Positions 1 to 13,000 of a stretch of 64,000 nt of DNA are shown one piece after another (position 1 is the first letter of the stretch; each line of letters begins with the position of its first letter). Both the position numbers and the translations under genes were made by a program. Source of the stretch: Amphiscolops sp. MND2022 (taxonomy: Eukaryota); assembly GCA_964187785.1 (NCBI GenBank), contig OZ076409.1:61382001-61446000 (forward strand), written 5' to 3'. The notes under the pieces were generated by a model. It was not told the DNA's origin and ran no database searches. It saw only the letters and a program-made list of their open reading frames with translations.

Positions 1-429
1 ATGAAAAAATTAAAGGGGGACCCTTGAGAGATTTCAAAAAATTTCCGGAAAAAAATTGAAACTGAGATTTTTGAACAGTGTCACAGTGCCGAAAAATGTA
101 AACCCTTTGGGATTTTTTGACATCCATTGTGTGGCAAAATATCGAAACAAATGAAGGGGAGACCCTTTGGTGGAATGCGAAAAAATTCGAAAAAAAATCG
201 CATAGCGCCGAAAAAAATCCGAGTGAAAAACACCAAAATGGGAGTTCTATGTTTTCGAGGTTCCGGACGTCGATGTTTTTATTTTGAACGAGGTTCTGGC
301 GTTTCGAGTATGTTTTGGACGACCGTGGTTCAAGTTGATGATGTTGAACAAAAAAGCGGGAACAGTACGGGTCTAAAAAACTACTTACTGTTAGAGTCGG
401 GCTCATTTTCTACTAAAATGCGACTAAAA
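1..429 (-). mobile_element. DINE-1/HINE-like non-autonomous element, truncated by the window start
   Basis: Ends in CGACTAAAA (reverse complement of the family 5' end TTTTAGTCG) with the subterminal repeat AGTCGGGC. Internal ACAGTGCCGAAAAA and GGGGACCCTT motifs are shared with other copies in the window. Confidence 0.6.
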
Positions 430-880
430 TGCTTGGCAGCTTTCATTGATTTGAAAAAAGCTTTTGATATGGTAGATCATAATCTCATTGGAAAAAACGA
501 ATAGCTTTGGATTACGTGGTCAAATATAAAGTTGCTCATAGATTACCTATCTGATAGAGAACAGTTCGTATTTTCTGGTAATCGAAAATCATCATCGAAG
601 AGCATTGAATATGAAGTTCCACAAGGTTCAATCTTGGTTCCACTTTTGTTTTTGATATACATGAATGATTTGCCTGAAACATGTTGAAATTCAGAAATGG
701 TTCTTCTTGCTGATGATACAGCAATTATATCTTCTAAAAGCTGAAAAAATGTAATAAAAGACGTTTAATTGGATTTAGAAGGCATGAATGCCAAATTCCA
801 GTATCTACGCGTTAGTATTGATAAACGATTGAATTTTCATAGCTATATAGCGAAATGTTCAAAAATGTTAAATGGATACG
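430..880 (+). mobile_element. Decayed non-LTR (LINE, CR1/L2/Jockey-like) reverse transcriptase fragment
   Basis: Translated motifs FIDLKKAFDMVDH, VPQGSILVPLLFLIYMNDL and LLADDT, interrupted by stops and frameshifts. Confidence 0.8.
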
Positions 881-3800
881 AATTCATGCTGAATTTTCCA
901 TCAGATTTTATGTGGAAATACTTTCCAGTTATACCGACACAAGCTTAACTTCAAACATGACAAATTACTGACAATCAGGTCGAACAATCGATTGAACTTT
1001 TTTATTTGAATTGCATTCTCTATTGGCGAAAAATTTTCCATTTTCAAAAAAAGATTTGTGCAAAAACTCATTAGCCTTGAAAATTCCGCCTCTTGTTAAG
1101 TCGACATTTCAATAAAAGACAAATATTTTCATTATTTCGGCGATAGCAGGAATAATATTGAAATCTGAATTATTGAACTTTTTTGGTAGTTATGCATTCG
1201 TACGCCGAGTTATTGAGATGAAGCGAATGAGTGTTAATTATTCATTCGCCGAGAGCTTCGAATGCATCCTAATGCGAATGCGAAATTTCGTCTACGCTCA
1301 GTAGTTGTATTTTCTTTAGCTCGAGAAGAATTGAAGGCGGTGTAAACTGGTACAGTAAATAATTGTGCGCTATAAAAATGATTAAATTCTATTATTGAAC
1401 ACGAAGGAAGCCTAAAAGCAGAAATAATACTGTGCCCCGCAGGGGCATATTTTCAAATTTCGGTTTCATATGGAACGTGAACACTTTTGTCCATATTGGC
1501 AGACACAAAAACTCAATGCTATGACACTTTTGACTGAAGTGAATATTATCAGTTTTTGAATGTTTTTGCTTTTCTGAAGTTACTGTGTTGGTTCTGAAAT
1601 GTTATCAAATAAAAGATCCTTGTTTCATCCTTTTAGGCTTGCACATCTAAAATATGGCTGTTTTAAAAAGCAAAGTTTCAGTGAAGTTTCCCATTTTTCA
1701 AACTACTTCTGTAATGCACAGAAAAAAGACAAATTTCATCAAGTGTTTGATACTCAATTTGGTTCAACTTTGTCTGCAATGCAAAACAGAGGACTCAAAT
1801 CTGATTAGACTCAACATATCCCTGATTTTCATTCCCCAAAACGTAAATATTGTCACCAAAATATCCAATAACCGGCCATCTTTCATTACGTCATCCGTTT
1901 TCTACGTCATTGTTCATATTGAAATGCAGACTGTAGCAGCAATGCATGACATTTTTAATGATTTTCGATGTTGCAAGCAGATGTTTTTTCATCCTCCCAT
2001 GTGCAATAGGTAATCGAGGCGGCGCAGCTATAGACAAAAACTGGTAAACAAAAACACTATACGTGCTCCTTTCCGTTTTTTTGCATCAGTTTTCGGTTCT
2101 CATCGAAACATTTTACATCTGCAGGCTGTTAATGTAATTCATACATTCCCATATTTTACTCTTTGTTCATTGTTTTTTGCATTAATCATGGATGAATCTG
2201 GCATTTTAACTCATCCTTTGTTCCTTTTTCTCTACATGCCAATGAATCAGAAATGCTGTTCTTATTTTCGTTACAGGATTGGTTTAAATTGAGCTTTTTC
2301 TGTTCTACTTTAAATTTTTTATCCCGTTGGGTTTAATGGATCTTTTCTTGCATGTAGTACACATCGGCTCATAGGGGTTCTAGAATTTTAACCTCTACTC
2401 TGTTGCAATGAATCTATTCTCTACTTTTTGAATTCGCGAGAGAATTAATGTTTAAAAAAGTCGTATAAAGTTATTTTGTTGCATTCTAATTGTTGCAATC
2501 TATTATTGGTTAACTGCCAATTTAAGTTAGCATCTATTGTCTAAGGAACAAATTCCTTCGCAGTTCGCAAAAGCTTTTGTCTAAGTTAGAAGTTAAAGGC
2601 CGTGCGATTATTAATTTACCGAAGAAAAATTTCGGAAACAGTATTACGAATAACAATAATTCTTGTGGAAGCCGAGTGTTCTTCCCAATGCAGAGCAAAG
2701 ACAAGCTTAGTATATTTTAGTAGTTTCGTCTAATGATATAGTCTAAACCGGATGAATTTCATGTCTTTATCTTTATCGATATTCTGACCGTCTGTCTCTT
2801 TTTAAATTAAAACCCACCATTTTTAATTTTCAATTACTATTTTATTGCTAGTTTTGTTTTTTGAAATAACGATTCTGATGTAGAAAAGGGAGTATATGAT
2901 TGCTTTCCGCTAGCACTTTTGCCTACTCTTGAATGGAAATATTGGCTTTTTTGTTATATGGATAAGATTTATTTATACTACAATGTAAATGCAAATATTC
3001 GTCGCCCGTTGCCTTGACGTTCTATGCTACATTTAGTAATATAAAATATAGTTCACAATGCTTGTTAGACCGCAGCGCATAGAGATTTAATAATATCAGC
3101 AGTCTGTGTAGCTGTGGTTAAGCGTGAATTTTCCTCCAATAACGTCTATTTTCCTGTTTTTTTTAGATTTTCTTGAATGTTGATGTTGCCGTTCCTGCTG
3201 CTTTCTTGCTTTGAAGCCAATTAGTGCTTATTCGTTACCGACGTCATCATTTCCCCAACCTTTCCCCTCCCCTTTTCTCTCCCTCTCCCACTTTAGTCAT
3301 GGAAAACGAGGGAGAATAATAACGGAGACTGTTTCCTGTTTTGTTGCATCACCTAGATGGAAAAACGAAAAGTAACCCTTTCGCCGAGAGCTCCTCCAAT
3401 TGCGAAAAGAAATGAATAGCCGAACAGTTTGTTGTTAACTGACTAGCATTTAAAAACATTGTCAGTCTTTTCTTGGTCTTACGGACGAACGCTTTTACTA
3501 TGTTGTTCCCTGGTGAAAAATGGAATGTTAAGAGATTCGTGTTATCGCGTTGAGGAAAATTTGAACACGAAAAAAAAACGAAAAAAGGAAGTGTGCAACT
3601 AGTAGCTCGAGCTAGCAAAGCGGTGTTTAGCGGTAGTTTCGGCAAGGAGAGCAGACTTTTGTTGCCACTTTCTCCTCGAATTTTCTCTTGTTGCTATTGT
3701 TTATAGTTAGCGCTGCGGGTGATGCAGCTTTATTGAATTTTAGGAGAGCTCTTCTAATTGGGTCGTCGTTCCTTGTTTCCGTCAACATCACCTCAACTTG

Positions 3801-4212
3801 CCTTTTACCAACATCGCGCCCATCTTACCATTCATCGAGAATTACTTCGTCATTGCCATTGGTATAATCCCCCGATTGTTACAGTGGTAATTATTACTAG
3901 CAGTGGTCATTACTTAGTGTTCTTTTACATATTATATATCACCCGTTCATCCTGTGCTGTTGTACAAATTATTCTTACTTTCGCATTACACGTTGAATCA
4001 AAATTCTCACGATTTCGAATCAATTTTGAGCGAGTTAGATGAAGTTAAAACTACTCTCCATTTAATTAATTAGAAGCAGAGGTCAAAAGTCCTTCTGTTG
4101 ACACCCTACTTCCTTTTGACCATTTACAGTCGACATCATTACTACAAAAACACGTTATTTGACCGAACAGTTTCTGCTCACTGCAACCAGTTTCGGTAAG
4201 TTTTGCGATACA

Positions 4213-4683
4213 TTTTTAGTCGGCGTTTTCGAAGAAAAACGTTTTTTCGTCATTTCAACGCGATCGGTCCACTTTTTTGTTCATGTGTTCAACTTCTTGG
4301 CCGACTAATTTTCTGGTGTCTGAGAAGCAGGAAGGTGTGGGTTCGATTCTCGCACTAAATCACAAATTTTTTATGCTTCAAAAGTATAGTGGAGACCAAA
4401 GGGTCCCCCCTTTGCGGTTTTTTTTTCGGCACTATGCGACATTTTTCCGAAAAGTTTTGAATTTTATCAAAGCGTACCCCTTTGAATTTTTTGAAGTTTT
4501 CGGTTTGTGAAAAACGTTTATTGAGCCTAAAGGGTCTCTTTTTGGGGTTTTCGGCAATATGCGACTTTTTTACCAAATTCTTTTTTTGAAAAAAAAATTG
4601 TTTTCCAAATGTTTTCAATTGTTGTTCCTTGAATATTTTTGAGCCTTAGATATGGCGCCGACTTGGGCCGTTCCCGGCTTGTT
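4213..4683 (+). mobile_element. DINE-1/HINE-like element
   Basis: 5' TTTTAGTCGGCG; 3' GGCGCCGACTT subterminal inverted repeat followed by GGGCCGTTCCCGGCTTGTT; T-rich ends; no TSD. Confidence 0.75.
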
Positions 4684-5598
4684 ACTTGATGTATCATTTT
4701 TTGTTAAACCGAAACTTTGCGTTCATTTACTTGGCAAGTAATACAAATCAATTCATCTTATGTTGAAGTATTTTACATGAATTAGCGTTAGTTCTCATCT
4801 AAAATTCTAAAGAAAAACGATTTTCTGTTATTATTTCCGAAGGTAACTTTCCAGCTCCGCGTTGGACTTTTTCAATTTTCCAGCGTTAAATGAGGTTTCA
4901 ATTCTAATTCATCTACTTGAATGATTTCAGCGCGTTTAAAAAAAGTCATTTCAAATCTCACGAGGCACTTGATGTTAATTTGAGGTTTTTATTTGAGGCT
5001 CATTTGAGTTCTTTCAAACATCTTTTCTGAAGAGCAGTTCATACATTCGAATAAAGCCATATAAATGAATCCGTTTTTTGCAAATCCTGTTGTGGACGAA
5101 TAATGCGTATGATTTCTCGGATTTTCTTCATCGGCAAAAAATGCTAATTTCAATTCCCAGCTATCGAATCGAATATACAGCTCATTAAACTTGGATCTTC
5201 GGTTTGATGTCATCCGTCTTCAGTTCAAAATTTGTTTGTGATGTCTTTAAAAAATATCCGGAACTTTTTCGTCGAATTGTTGTTTCCGTGAAGTAAATTC
5301 ATATCTTCGAAACATGGAAGAATTCGGAGTAGCTATGAACTTGGTTATGGTTCTAATATGTTCAAGTGGATCCTCTTTACCGAGTCGTGTCCGTTCACGT
5401 AGTGGCTTCACACTGAATGAGAGTCCAAGTTATCAACTCCTTTAGCGTTCTGTGCACAAACTCGCGCCTTTTGTGTTTTTGCCGAGTTTTCGCATCTGAA
5501 AAATTAACACTAGCGCCAAAAATCCTTTGTAATTCGGATCCTGAAGAGGTAGGAATTATCAGATTGTCCAAACGTTTCCGAAGTCTCTTACACCGTAG

Positions 5599-5793
5599 CA
5601 GGGGCGGTTTTAAGGGGGGTGCTGGGGCGGCGACCGCCTGTCCCTTTGGAGTGATGTATGGAATGAATGAATTGATGTCACAATCGGTAAAATGATCCGA
5701 GTTTTTCTAGTTTCAAATATTCAACTTCTCGTTAGGTACGCCCCGCGTTTTGAAAATCCGCCTACCGTTGAGAAAATCCTAAAACCGCCCCTG
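5599..5793. mobile_element. hAT-type MITE (195 bp)
   Basis: TIRs CAGGGGCGGTTTTA / TAAAACCGCCCCTG; perfect 8-bp TSD CACCGTAG (5591-5598 and 5794-5801). Confidence 0.9.
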
Positions 5794-6840
5794 CACCGTA
5801 GATGTTCATATTCACTCTTGTAGTAGGAGCGGTTGTAATGAAAGTTGAGGCTTCTACTCGCATATAAGCCGCAAAGCGAACCCGATACTCTGAGTTCTGC
5901 GTAGAGTGTTTGTTTGTCTACCGATAAACATCAATGCCCGAGATGTTCCGGTTGGTGTCCGATATTGGAGTGCAATCTTGTCGTTTTCTCTCTTGACAAG
6001 GATTATCCTAATTAATATGACAAACTTCTTTTGTCCAAACATTTTGCGACCTTTTCCTTCCTTGTGGTGTGATTGAACGTACATCGTGCAAAGCCAGATT
6101 TCAAAGTCCAATCATCATCCAATCTTATGACACTTGGCAATGTTAGCTTAGACATTTCGCCAAACATTTCATTATTAACTTGGTATGTACATTGCTATGA
6201 TTACTGGTAATAACTTGATCTTGTAAAACGTTCTCAGTAACCAGCGGACAATTGGATAAACTCTTTCGTGTGTTCGTGACCTTCGCAAATACTTCAGTCG
6301 TGTGTGTTGTCATACAAGGATTGTGATTTTGATGAATAATATACTTGAATTGATACAAACTGTATGATAAAACTTATAATCAGTATTTTCTAGAGTTCTA
6401 ATTCAGTTTATTACGTCATAAATACATGACGCGGCTCAAAATTTAGTGTTTATCACCGACCGACTGATTGACAATTGAGTGCATTGTTTTCTTCCAATTG
6501 ACTGAACACTTCTCGCATCGAATCTGTAAGTATAAATTGATTATAGATCTATCAACGTATCGAATTGTAAGAGATTGCAGAAATCTTGAACCATATAGTT
6601 TGTGCTAACAGGGTTTTAGCATGCCGTTTTGAGCTAATTCGCAAACTGTGAATTATAATCTAGCAGATATTGCACCAGTGAGCGCCTGGGAAAACGGTCC
6701 AAAATATTACCAGAGGACGCTGCAATGTTTTTTGGGACGAGGAGCTTTTCGGCAAAAAATGGACACCTTGAAGTGGAGATGATAAAGTTTCTGAAAAGAA
6801 ATTGGGAAACAAAAGTCTAAGAAACGGTCTGTGTCGAAAC

Positions 6841-7192
6841 CAGAGTTTTGACACCGCTAACTAATCAGCGATTTAGCGAATTAGCGGCCGCGCATAATTT
6901 TTTCAGCGGTTTTATTAGCGATTCAAATTAGCGGCAACTAATAGATTGTCCAAAGTCAAAGTTTCTTCTGAGTATACCAAGTTTTAGAATGAATTTTGAA
7001 AAATTCCAAATCTTGCCCTTGTAAAACCTACACAGTATAAAAAATTCTAGTTTTTTCTTGCAAAACTAAATTCTAAAACCTACTTGAAGTTGAACATATA
7101 ATAGTTTGTAGGAATAGTTTTTCAGCGAAATAGCGATTTTAAAATTAGCGGTTAAGCGATTAGCGAAAAAAATTAGCGATGTCAAAACCCTG
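6841..7192. mobile_element. hAT-type MITE (352 bp) with subterminal TAGCG repeats
   Basis: TIRs CAGAGTTTTGACA / TGTCAAAACCCTG; perfect 8-bp TSD GTCGAAAC (6833-6840 and 7193-7200). Confidence 0.9.
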
Positions 7193-8633
7193 GTCGAAAC
7201 CTATTCAAGGGCCTTGTTTATTGAAAAGCCCCACTAGCGTCGCTGGAGCAATAGTCACATGAGCAAACTTTTGAAAACAATTGTTTGCAGTATAAACTTT
7301 TGCATCATTCAACATTTATAGAAATTCAAAAAACTAACTCAAGAATCTCACCGAAGCAATAATGTTGTAACTACATTAGTAAAATTTGGGCTACATAGAT
7401 CATACACGGCTGGCGGAAAGAGATGAAAATAAAGAAAAGTTTAGATTGCGGAAGCGCAAAAAGATACTATTTTATTCCGTATACGCAATTGAGCATTGCA
7501 GAGTAACGAATTTTGGTGATTTAACTACAATAGTGTTACCAAATAATGGAATTTAGCTGCATAAAATTGCCAATTTTGGCGTCCAATGTCTCCAAATTAA
7601 AAATTGGCCTTTTTGTTGCTAAACTTGGTTAAACAAAAGTCCTTGGATAAATGCGAAATTACACTTCTAATCGACTTCCGCGCGGTTTCCTTTACATACT
7701 ACATTACTGATATTGAAAGAAGCAGCCTGAGGAAAATATCAAAATTGAATATCTTGAAAATAGTAGAATTTGTGAAAAATTGTAAAAGTTTCAGATTTCT
7801 ATCTAGTTTACAAATCTGTTTATTTCAAGCTTTTGCGACCGATTTGTTTTGATTCACTAAGCAATGGTTCGCTGAGAGCTTCGTCTGATTCAAATAAAGA
7901 TACAAAAGGTCATTACCAGTGACTTGTAATTTTTATTCAGTTACAAAGCGTACGGTCCAAGATTGGATTGCTTTCTTCAAACTACTGTTTTTGCTTTTTT
8001 TTCGCAAAATTCAAAAATTGCATGTTTCGAGAAATCTGTTTGAAATTGGAAAGTTTTCTCCAGAAAATTTTAATTGTTTTTCCCAAAACATCTGTGAAGT
8101 AATTCTTTTTGCAATCGCAGAAACTACTGAACCCTGATGGGGAAAATTTTATAGTCGGGGCTCGTGGAATAAAACGCGAGTATTAGTGATTTTCCGTCTT
8201 TTTAAAAATTTTTCTTCGGAAGCTAAAATGTTATAGAAGCCGTAAATGTATTTTTTTCAAGATCTATTTGTCGACCTAATTAGTCAATTTTGATTTGCTG
8301 CTCCAAGCTTTGAGCTAGTTTGTAATCCTCGTAGCAACGCGTGCAATTGAGATGAATTGTACGAGTGTCAATCATTTGTACGCCCAGGTCATTGGAATGA
8401 AGCGAACGAGTTGTAATTATTCGTACGCTGAGAGCTTTGCCTGCATTTCAATACGAATGTTAAGCGTCATATACGTTCAATAGCTATCTTTTCTTTGGTC
8501 TGAGAAGAATCCATATACGTTCAATAGCTATCTTTTCTTTGGTCTGAGAAGAATCAAGGGCAGTGTTAACTCGTACAGTGAAGAATTGTGAGTCATAATG
8601 AATTGACAGGAGTTTATAGTTATTTCAGATGTG

Positions 8634-9555
8634 TTTTTAGTCGGCGCTTTCGAAGCAAAGAAACGACTATAGCAGTGGTTTTTCTAAGACCAGATAGCCT
8701 TTATCTGACAGATTTCTATAAGCTAAAAATTCTTCAATTATAAGCAACTACATAGCTGTAATTTAGTAACATCTAACTGCTATTTGACCTTGAAGTTAAC
8801 ACTGATTTCCTGAGCTCTGAGAAGCAGGAGTGCGTGGCTTCGAGTCTCGCACTGAGCCAAAATTTTTTGATGCTTGCAAAAGTAGAGGAGAGACGAGACA
8901 TGTTTTTTTTCGGCACCATGCGATTTACCGAAGTAGAAAAAATATACTTTTTAGTTTTTTGAGGTTTTGTGTATAGGAAACTTGTCCCGAGCCGTGAACA
9001 TGACTGCTTTGGTAATTTTTGATCCTGTAGAACTGATGGGTTTTCGTTATCACTGTGGAAAGCCTTTTTTCAGCTTTTTAATTGCCTCTGTGCAACTGTT
9101 TTTCCAAAACTTCATTTATTCATAGGGTACCCGCTCACTTTCATAACTGATTTCGGCTTGAAAAGAAGTAGTTCTGCGGTTTTCGAGCCTCGTGTTCCTT
9201 TGCATCTTCAAACAACTTGCAGGTTTGTTATTATTGAACATTAAAATTAAAAGTTATTGTAGCCTAAAGCAGAAATATCATTTGTGCCATAGGTTTTTTC
9301 CGACCCAGTCGAAGTGGTCAGAACGTGCCGAATGCCATATCATTCTAAGGGTCTCTTCGGATTTCAAGCCATATGAGAGTTTATTTTCGGGACTGCGATT
9401 TGTTTTTGGAAGGTTTTCTATTTCCACGAATGTGTTTCCCTGACTTTCGCGGCGGGAAAAGACTTTTATTCAAAAAGCTGTTCCTTGAAGCTTTGAAGTA
9501 CTTGGCGCATTTTGAGCTTTAAATGGGGTGCCGACTTTTGTCGTTCGTAAGCTTT
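8634..9555 (+). mobile_element. Diverged DINE-1/HINE-like element
   Basis: 5' TTTTTAGTCGGCGC...CGACTATAG; degenerate 3' end TTTGAGCTTTAAATGGGGTGCCGACTTT. Boundaries approximate. Confidence 0.5.
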
Positions 9556-9850
9556 TTGAGACTTATTTTTACGGCACCGTCATTTTCGAAATCACTGCAA
9601 AACTGCAGCAAAGATTGTCTTTAAAGTAATTCTAACTAACGTGTTTTCCAAAACTCAAGTGTGATAATCTCCTTGTAAATCCATAAGTTGTATTACCTTT
9701 TCTATAATTTACTGCTCAAGTTTACCTTCATAGCCAATTGCACTTTTGATTTTCTTTTCAGACGTGTTTTGGAGTGCGTATTCACCCAAGGTCTGTGGGG
9801 CCAATATCTCTTCCATGGTGACAAAATGCAGTGTCTGAAATAGTGAAATT

Positions 9851-10049
9851 ATGCTAGAACGTGGAAATAGTAGAACGAGGACCAAATTGGGCTTTCGTTT
9901 TGGAGGATGGAACGGGACCGCTGTATATTCCCGTTTCAGTGGCCTATTTTTGCCATATTTGGTCATATTGTGCCTTATTTGGACGTTGCAAGTGGTAGTG
10001 GTTGGCGCTGAGGTTGATGATGGTATCTCACTGGCATATTCGGGCGATG
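9851..10049 (+). CDS. TMEM63: TMEM63 first coding exon (hydrophobic, signal-like segment)
   Basis: ATG at 9851; upstream acceptor TTTTCTTTTCAG ending at 9761 implies a spliced 5'UTR; donor G|GTGAGT in phase 1 matches the next exon. Confidence 0.65.
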
Positions 10050-13000
10050 GTGAGTTCTTTTGTTCAAATGATTTACTGCTCTGCTACTTGAATTAATTCT
10101 AACTGATAACTGGATTTGTTTTCCGTTGTTACTTTCTGAATTTATTTTCAGGTTCTTCCGGGATTTTGAGAAATCGGCTTGTATATAAAATTGGTATTTC
10201 GAGAAATTGGCTTGTATAAAAATCGGGATTTTGAGAAATTGGCTTGTATAAAAAATCAGTATTTTGCGAAATTGACCATATGCTGAAGTATTCAGTCTTT
10301 TTTAGTCGGCGCTTCATGAAGTGAAACGCGACTATTATAGTGACTTTTTTTTCTATCCACACGAACTGACCAAAATAGTTCTACAAAAGTTCTACAAAAT
10401 ATTATTGCATCAAAATGCACTATTTGGTCTAGCGAACTGAACCAAAAAGGTTTTTCCTGTTTTTCCGCGTAACATACCATACCGGGCGAGACCAAAGACT
10501 CCCCCCTTTCATTTTGTTTCGGCACTGCGAGACTTTTTTTTTCGAAAAAAAATTTTTCCCCAAAGGGTCCCCCCTGCATTTTTTTTGATGTTTTGCGACA
10601 GAATGGATGTTGAAAAAGCCCAAAGGGTCCCCCCTTTCAGTTTTTTTCGGCATTGTGAGATTTTTTCCCGAAAATGACAATTTTTGTTTTCTTCAATTTT
10701 TTTATGTTTTGCGACAGAATGGATGTTGAAAAACCTCAAAGGGTCCCCCCTTTCAGTTTTTCGGCATTGTGAGACTTTAGCGCGTCAGGGGCTCGCGCTA
10801 GCGAGCCCCGGCGCGCCACTCGGTCCATTTTTTTGAGTATATAATTTTTTCGAAAAATTTTTTTTCAAAAAATTTCGATTTTCGAGTACTGTAAAAGAGT
10901 ACTTGACACTTGGAAGTCTTTTTGCTATTTTTGAGCCTTGGATATGGCGCCGACTTGGGCCGGTCCCGGCTTGTTTAAAACAAAAACTACTTTTGAACTG
11001 ACTGTTATTTTCTGTGTAGTGTGAGAGAATGATTTATTCGGTACCAAAAGTATCATGAACTCCATAAAATATCTCGCAATAGTCGGTTTGAGTATGTTTG
11101 AAAATTTCGAAAACCGAAAACATTCAAGGTCTCCGTAATTTCCTTCTATAGTTGCTTTTCTGACTCAAAAAAGGCATTTTTGGGGAAACTTTCGACCCTA
11201 TAGCTCTATTTCTGGAGCGGGAGGAAGCTTTTTGAGAGAGGTATTGGAGCCACGAGCACTTGTTTTAAAACAATCACGGGCATTACTGCTTCAGATGGTT
11301 CCAACAAAGACGCAACTACCACTTCCGACCCACTGGTGGGTGGCGCGACGACTAGCGTGGTGACCCCACCTGATGGCAACCAGCAAGTGCCTTCGTCTAC
11401 AAGTGCAGCCGGGGACAACACAGTGGCGGTATGTGTGACTGACAACCGCAACAGGAACTACACTGACATCTACACTCACGACTACGGGGGCATCTTCATC
11501 ACTTTTGCACTCAATGTCTTGTTCACTTTCTGTATCATGCTCCTCTTCTCTTTCATGCGCAAGGGTCAGTATAAAATGGGCCACATTAGAGAGACATTTA
11601 CCTTTTTTTAGTCGGCGCCTTTTCCCTTAAGGAAAAAAGCCCGACTATTACAGTGAGTAGTTTTTTTTCAGTTGACAATCTCACTGAGTGGTCCACTTAT
11701 TACAATGTTATTTCTTCAACTTCGGCCAATTTTCTGAACCCGGAGAGCGTGGGTTCGATTCTCGCACTAAACCATAAATTTTTTTATGCTTCCAAAAGTA
11801 CAAGTGAGACCAAAGGGCCCCCCTTTGGGTTTTTTCAGCACTATACAACTTTTTTTTGAAAATTTTCGAATTTTATCAAAGGGCCTTGCATTTTTTCAAG
11901 TTTGTAAAAAACGTTTAATGAGCCTTAATGACCTCTTTTTGGGTTTTCGGCATTGTGCGACTTTTTTTAACCAAATACTTTTTTTGAAAGAAAAAAAATT
12001 TCCAAATGTTTCCAATAGTTGTTCCTTGAATATTTTTGAGCCTTAGATATGGCGCCGACTTGGGACGTTCCCGTCTTGTTACATGATTAAAGTTGCTCTT
12101 ATTATTGAAAGTGAGAGTTTTTTAGGTGCCAAACAATTTACATAAATAGATGGACCCTTCTAAATTGTATTCTGCTTATTTCGTAGTTTTGTATAACTAA
12201 GTTAACATAAATGAAAAAAAAACTTTTTAAATAGCAAAAACAGGTTTTTAAAAAAATTTAACACTTTCTTGACTTGGAGTGGATGCTTCGAGAAGTCTTG
12301 TAGTAATACAGACGTTTGTCATGAATATGCCGCGACAAAAAGTTAAAGTTTGGGTTGAATGTCAATGAAAGGTATTATTTCTCTCGACAATGTTACCGAC
12401 ATACCGGACTCAAAATCAGTCTCGGTGCCGAGAAATTTTCGGTTGCCAAATGAATAAAAAAATTGGTTTTGGATGGAAAAAAATCTGTTTTGCAAATTCG
12501 GGGCATATTTTTATATGGAAAAACCATTTTGAACATTTGCCTTGACTTCCATGTACGTTTTACGCGGAACAACGGCTTTATCACAAAATGTAACAATCGA
12601 AAGTTTCTTCAGGTTTAGAGGAACAAAGTTGAAAGTTATGATTTTTCTTTCGTTTTCGTGCTCGTTGGTTGAACTTAAACACTAGATACACGATCTTTCC
12701 AATGAATAGTTTGTTGAATGTCGTGCACTTCCGTCATCCAACTAAGCAAACCGTCCTTCTTTGTATTCAAAATCCTGATTTATTTAGTTTCAGAAATAGG
12801 CAATATGTTCAATCGAAGTTGATAGTGCTAGCATTACGCTATGCACCTGTCAAGCAATTCAGCTACGTTTATAGCAGGGGTCCGCAATTAAAAATTGATG
12901 AAGCAATAATTGCAATTATAATTGATCAATTAATTGATTTTCTCATCTTGCATTTTTCAATTATTGGAAATTAACAAGCCAATTATTGCAATAATTGATT

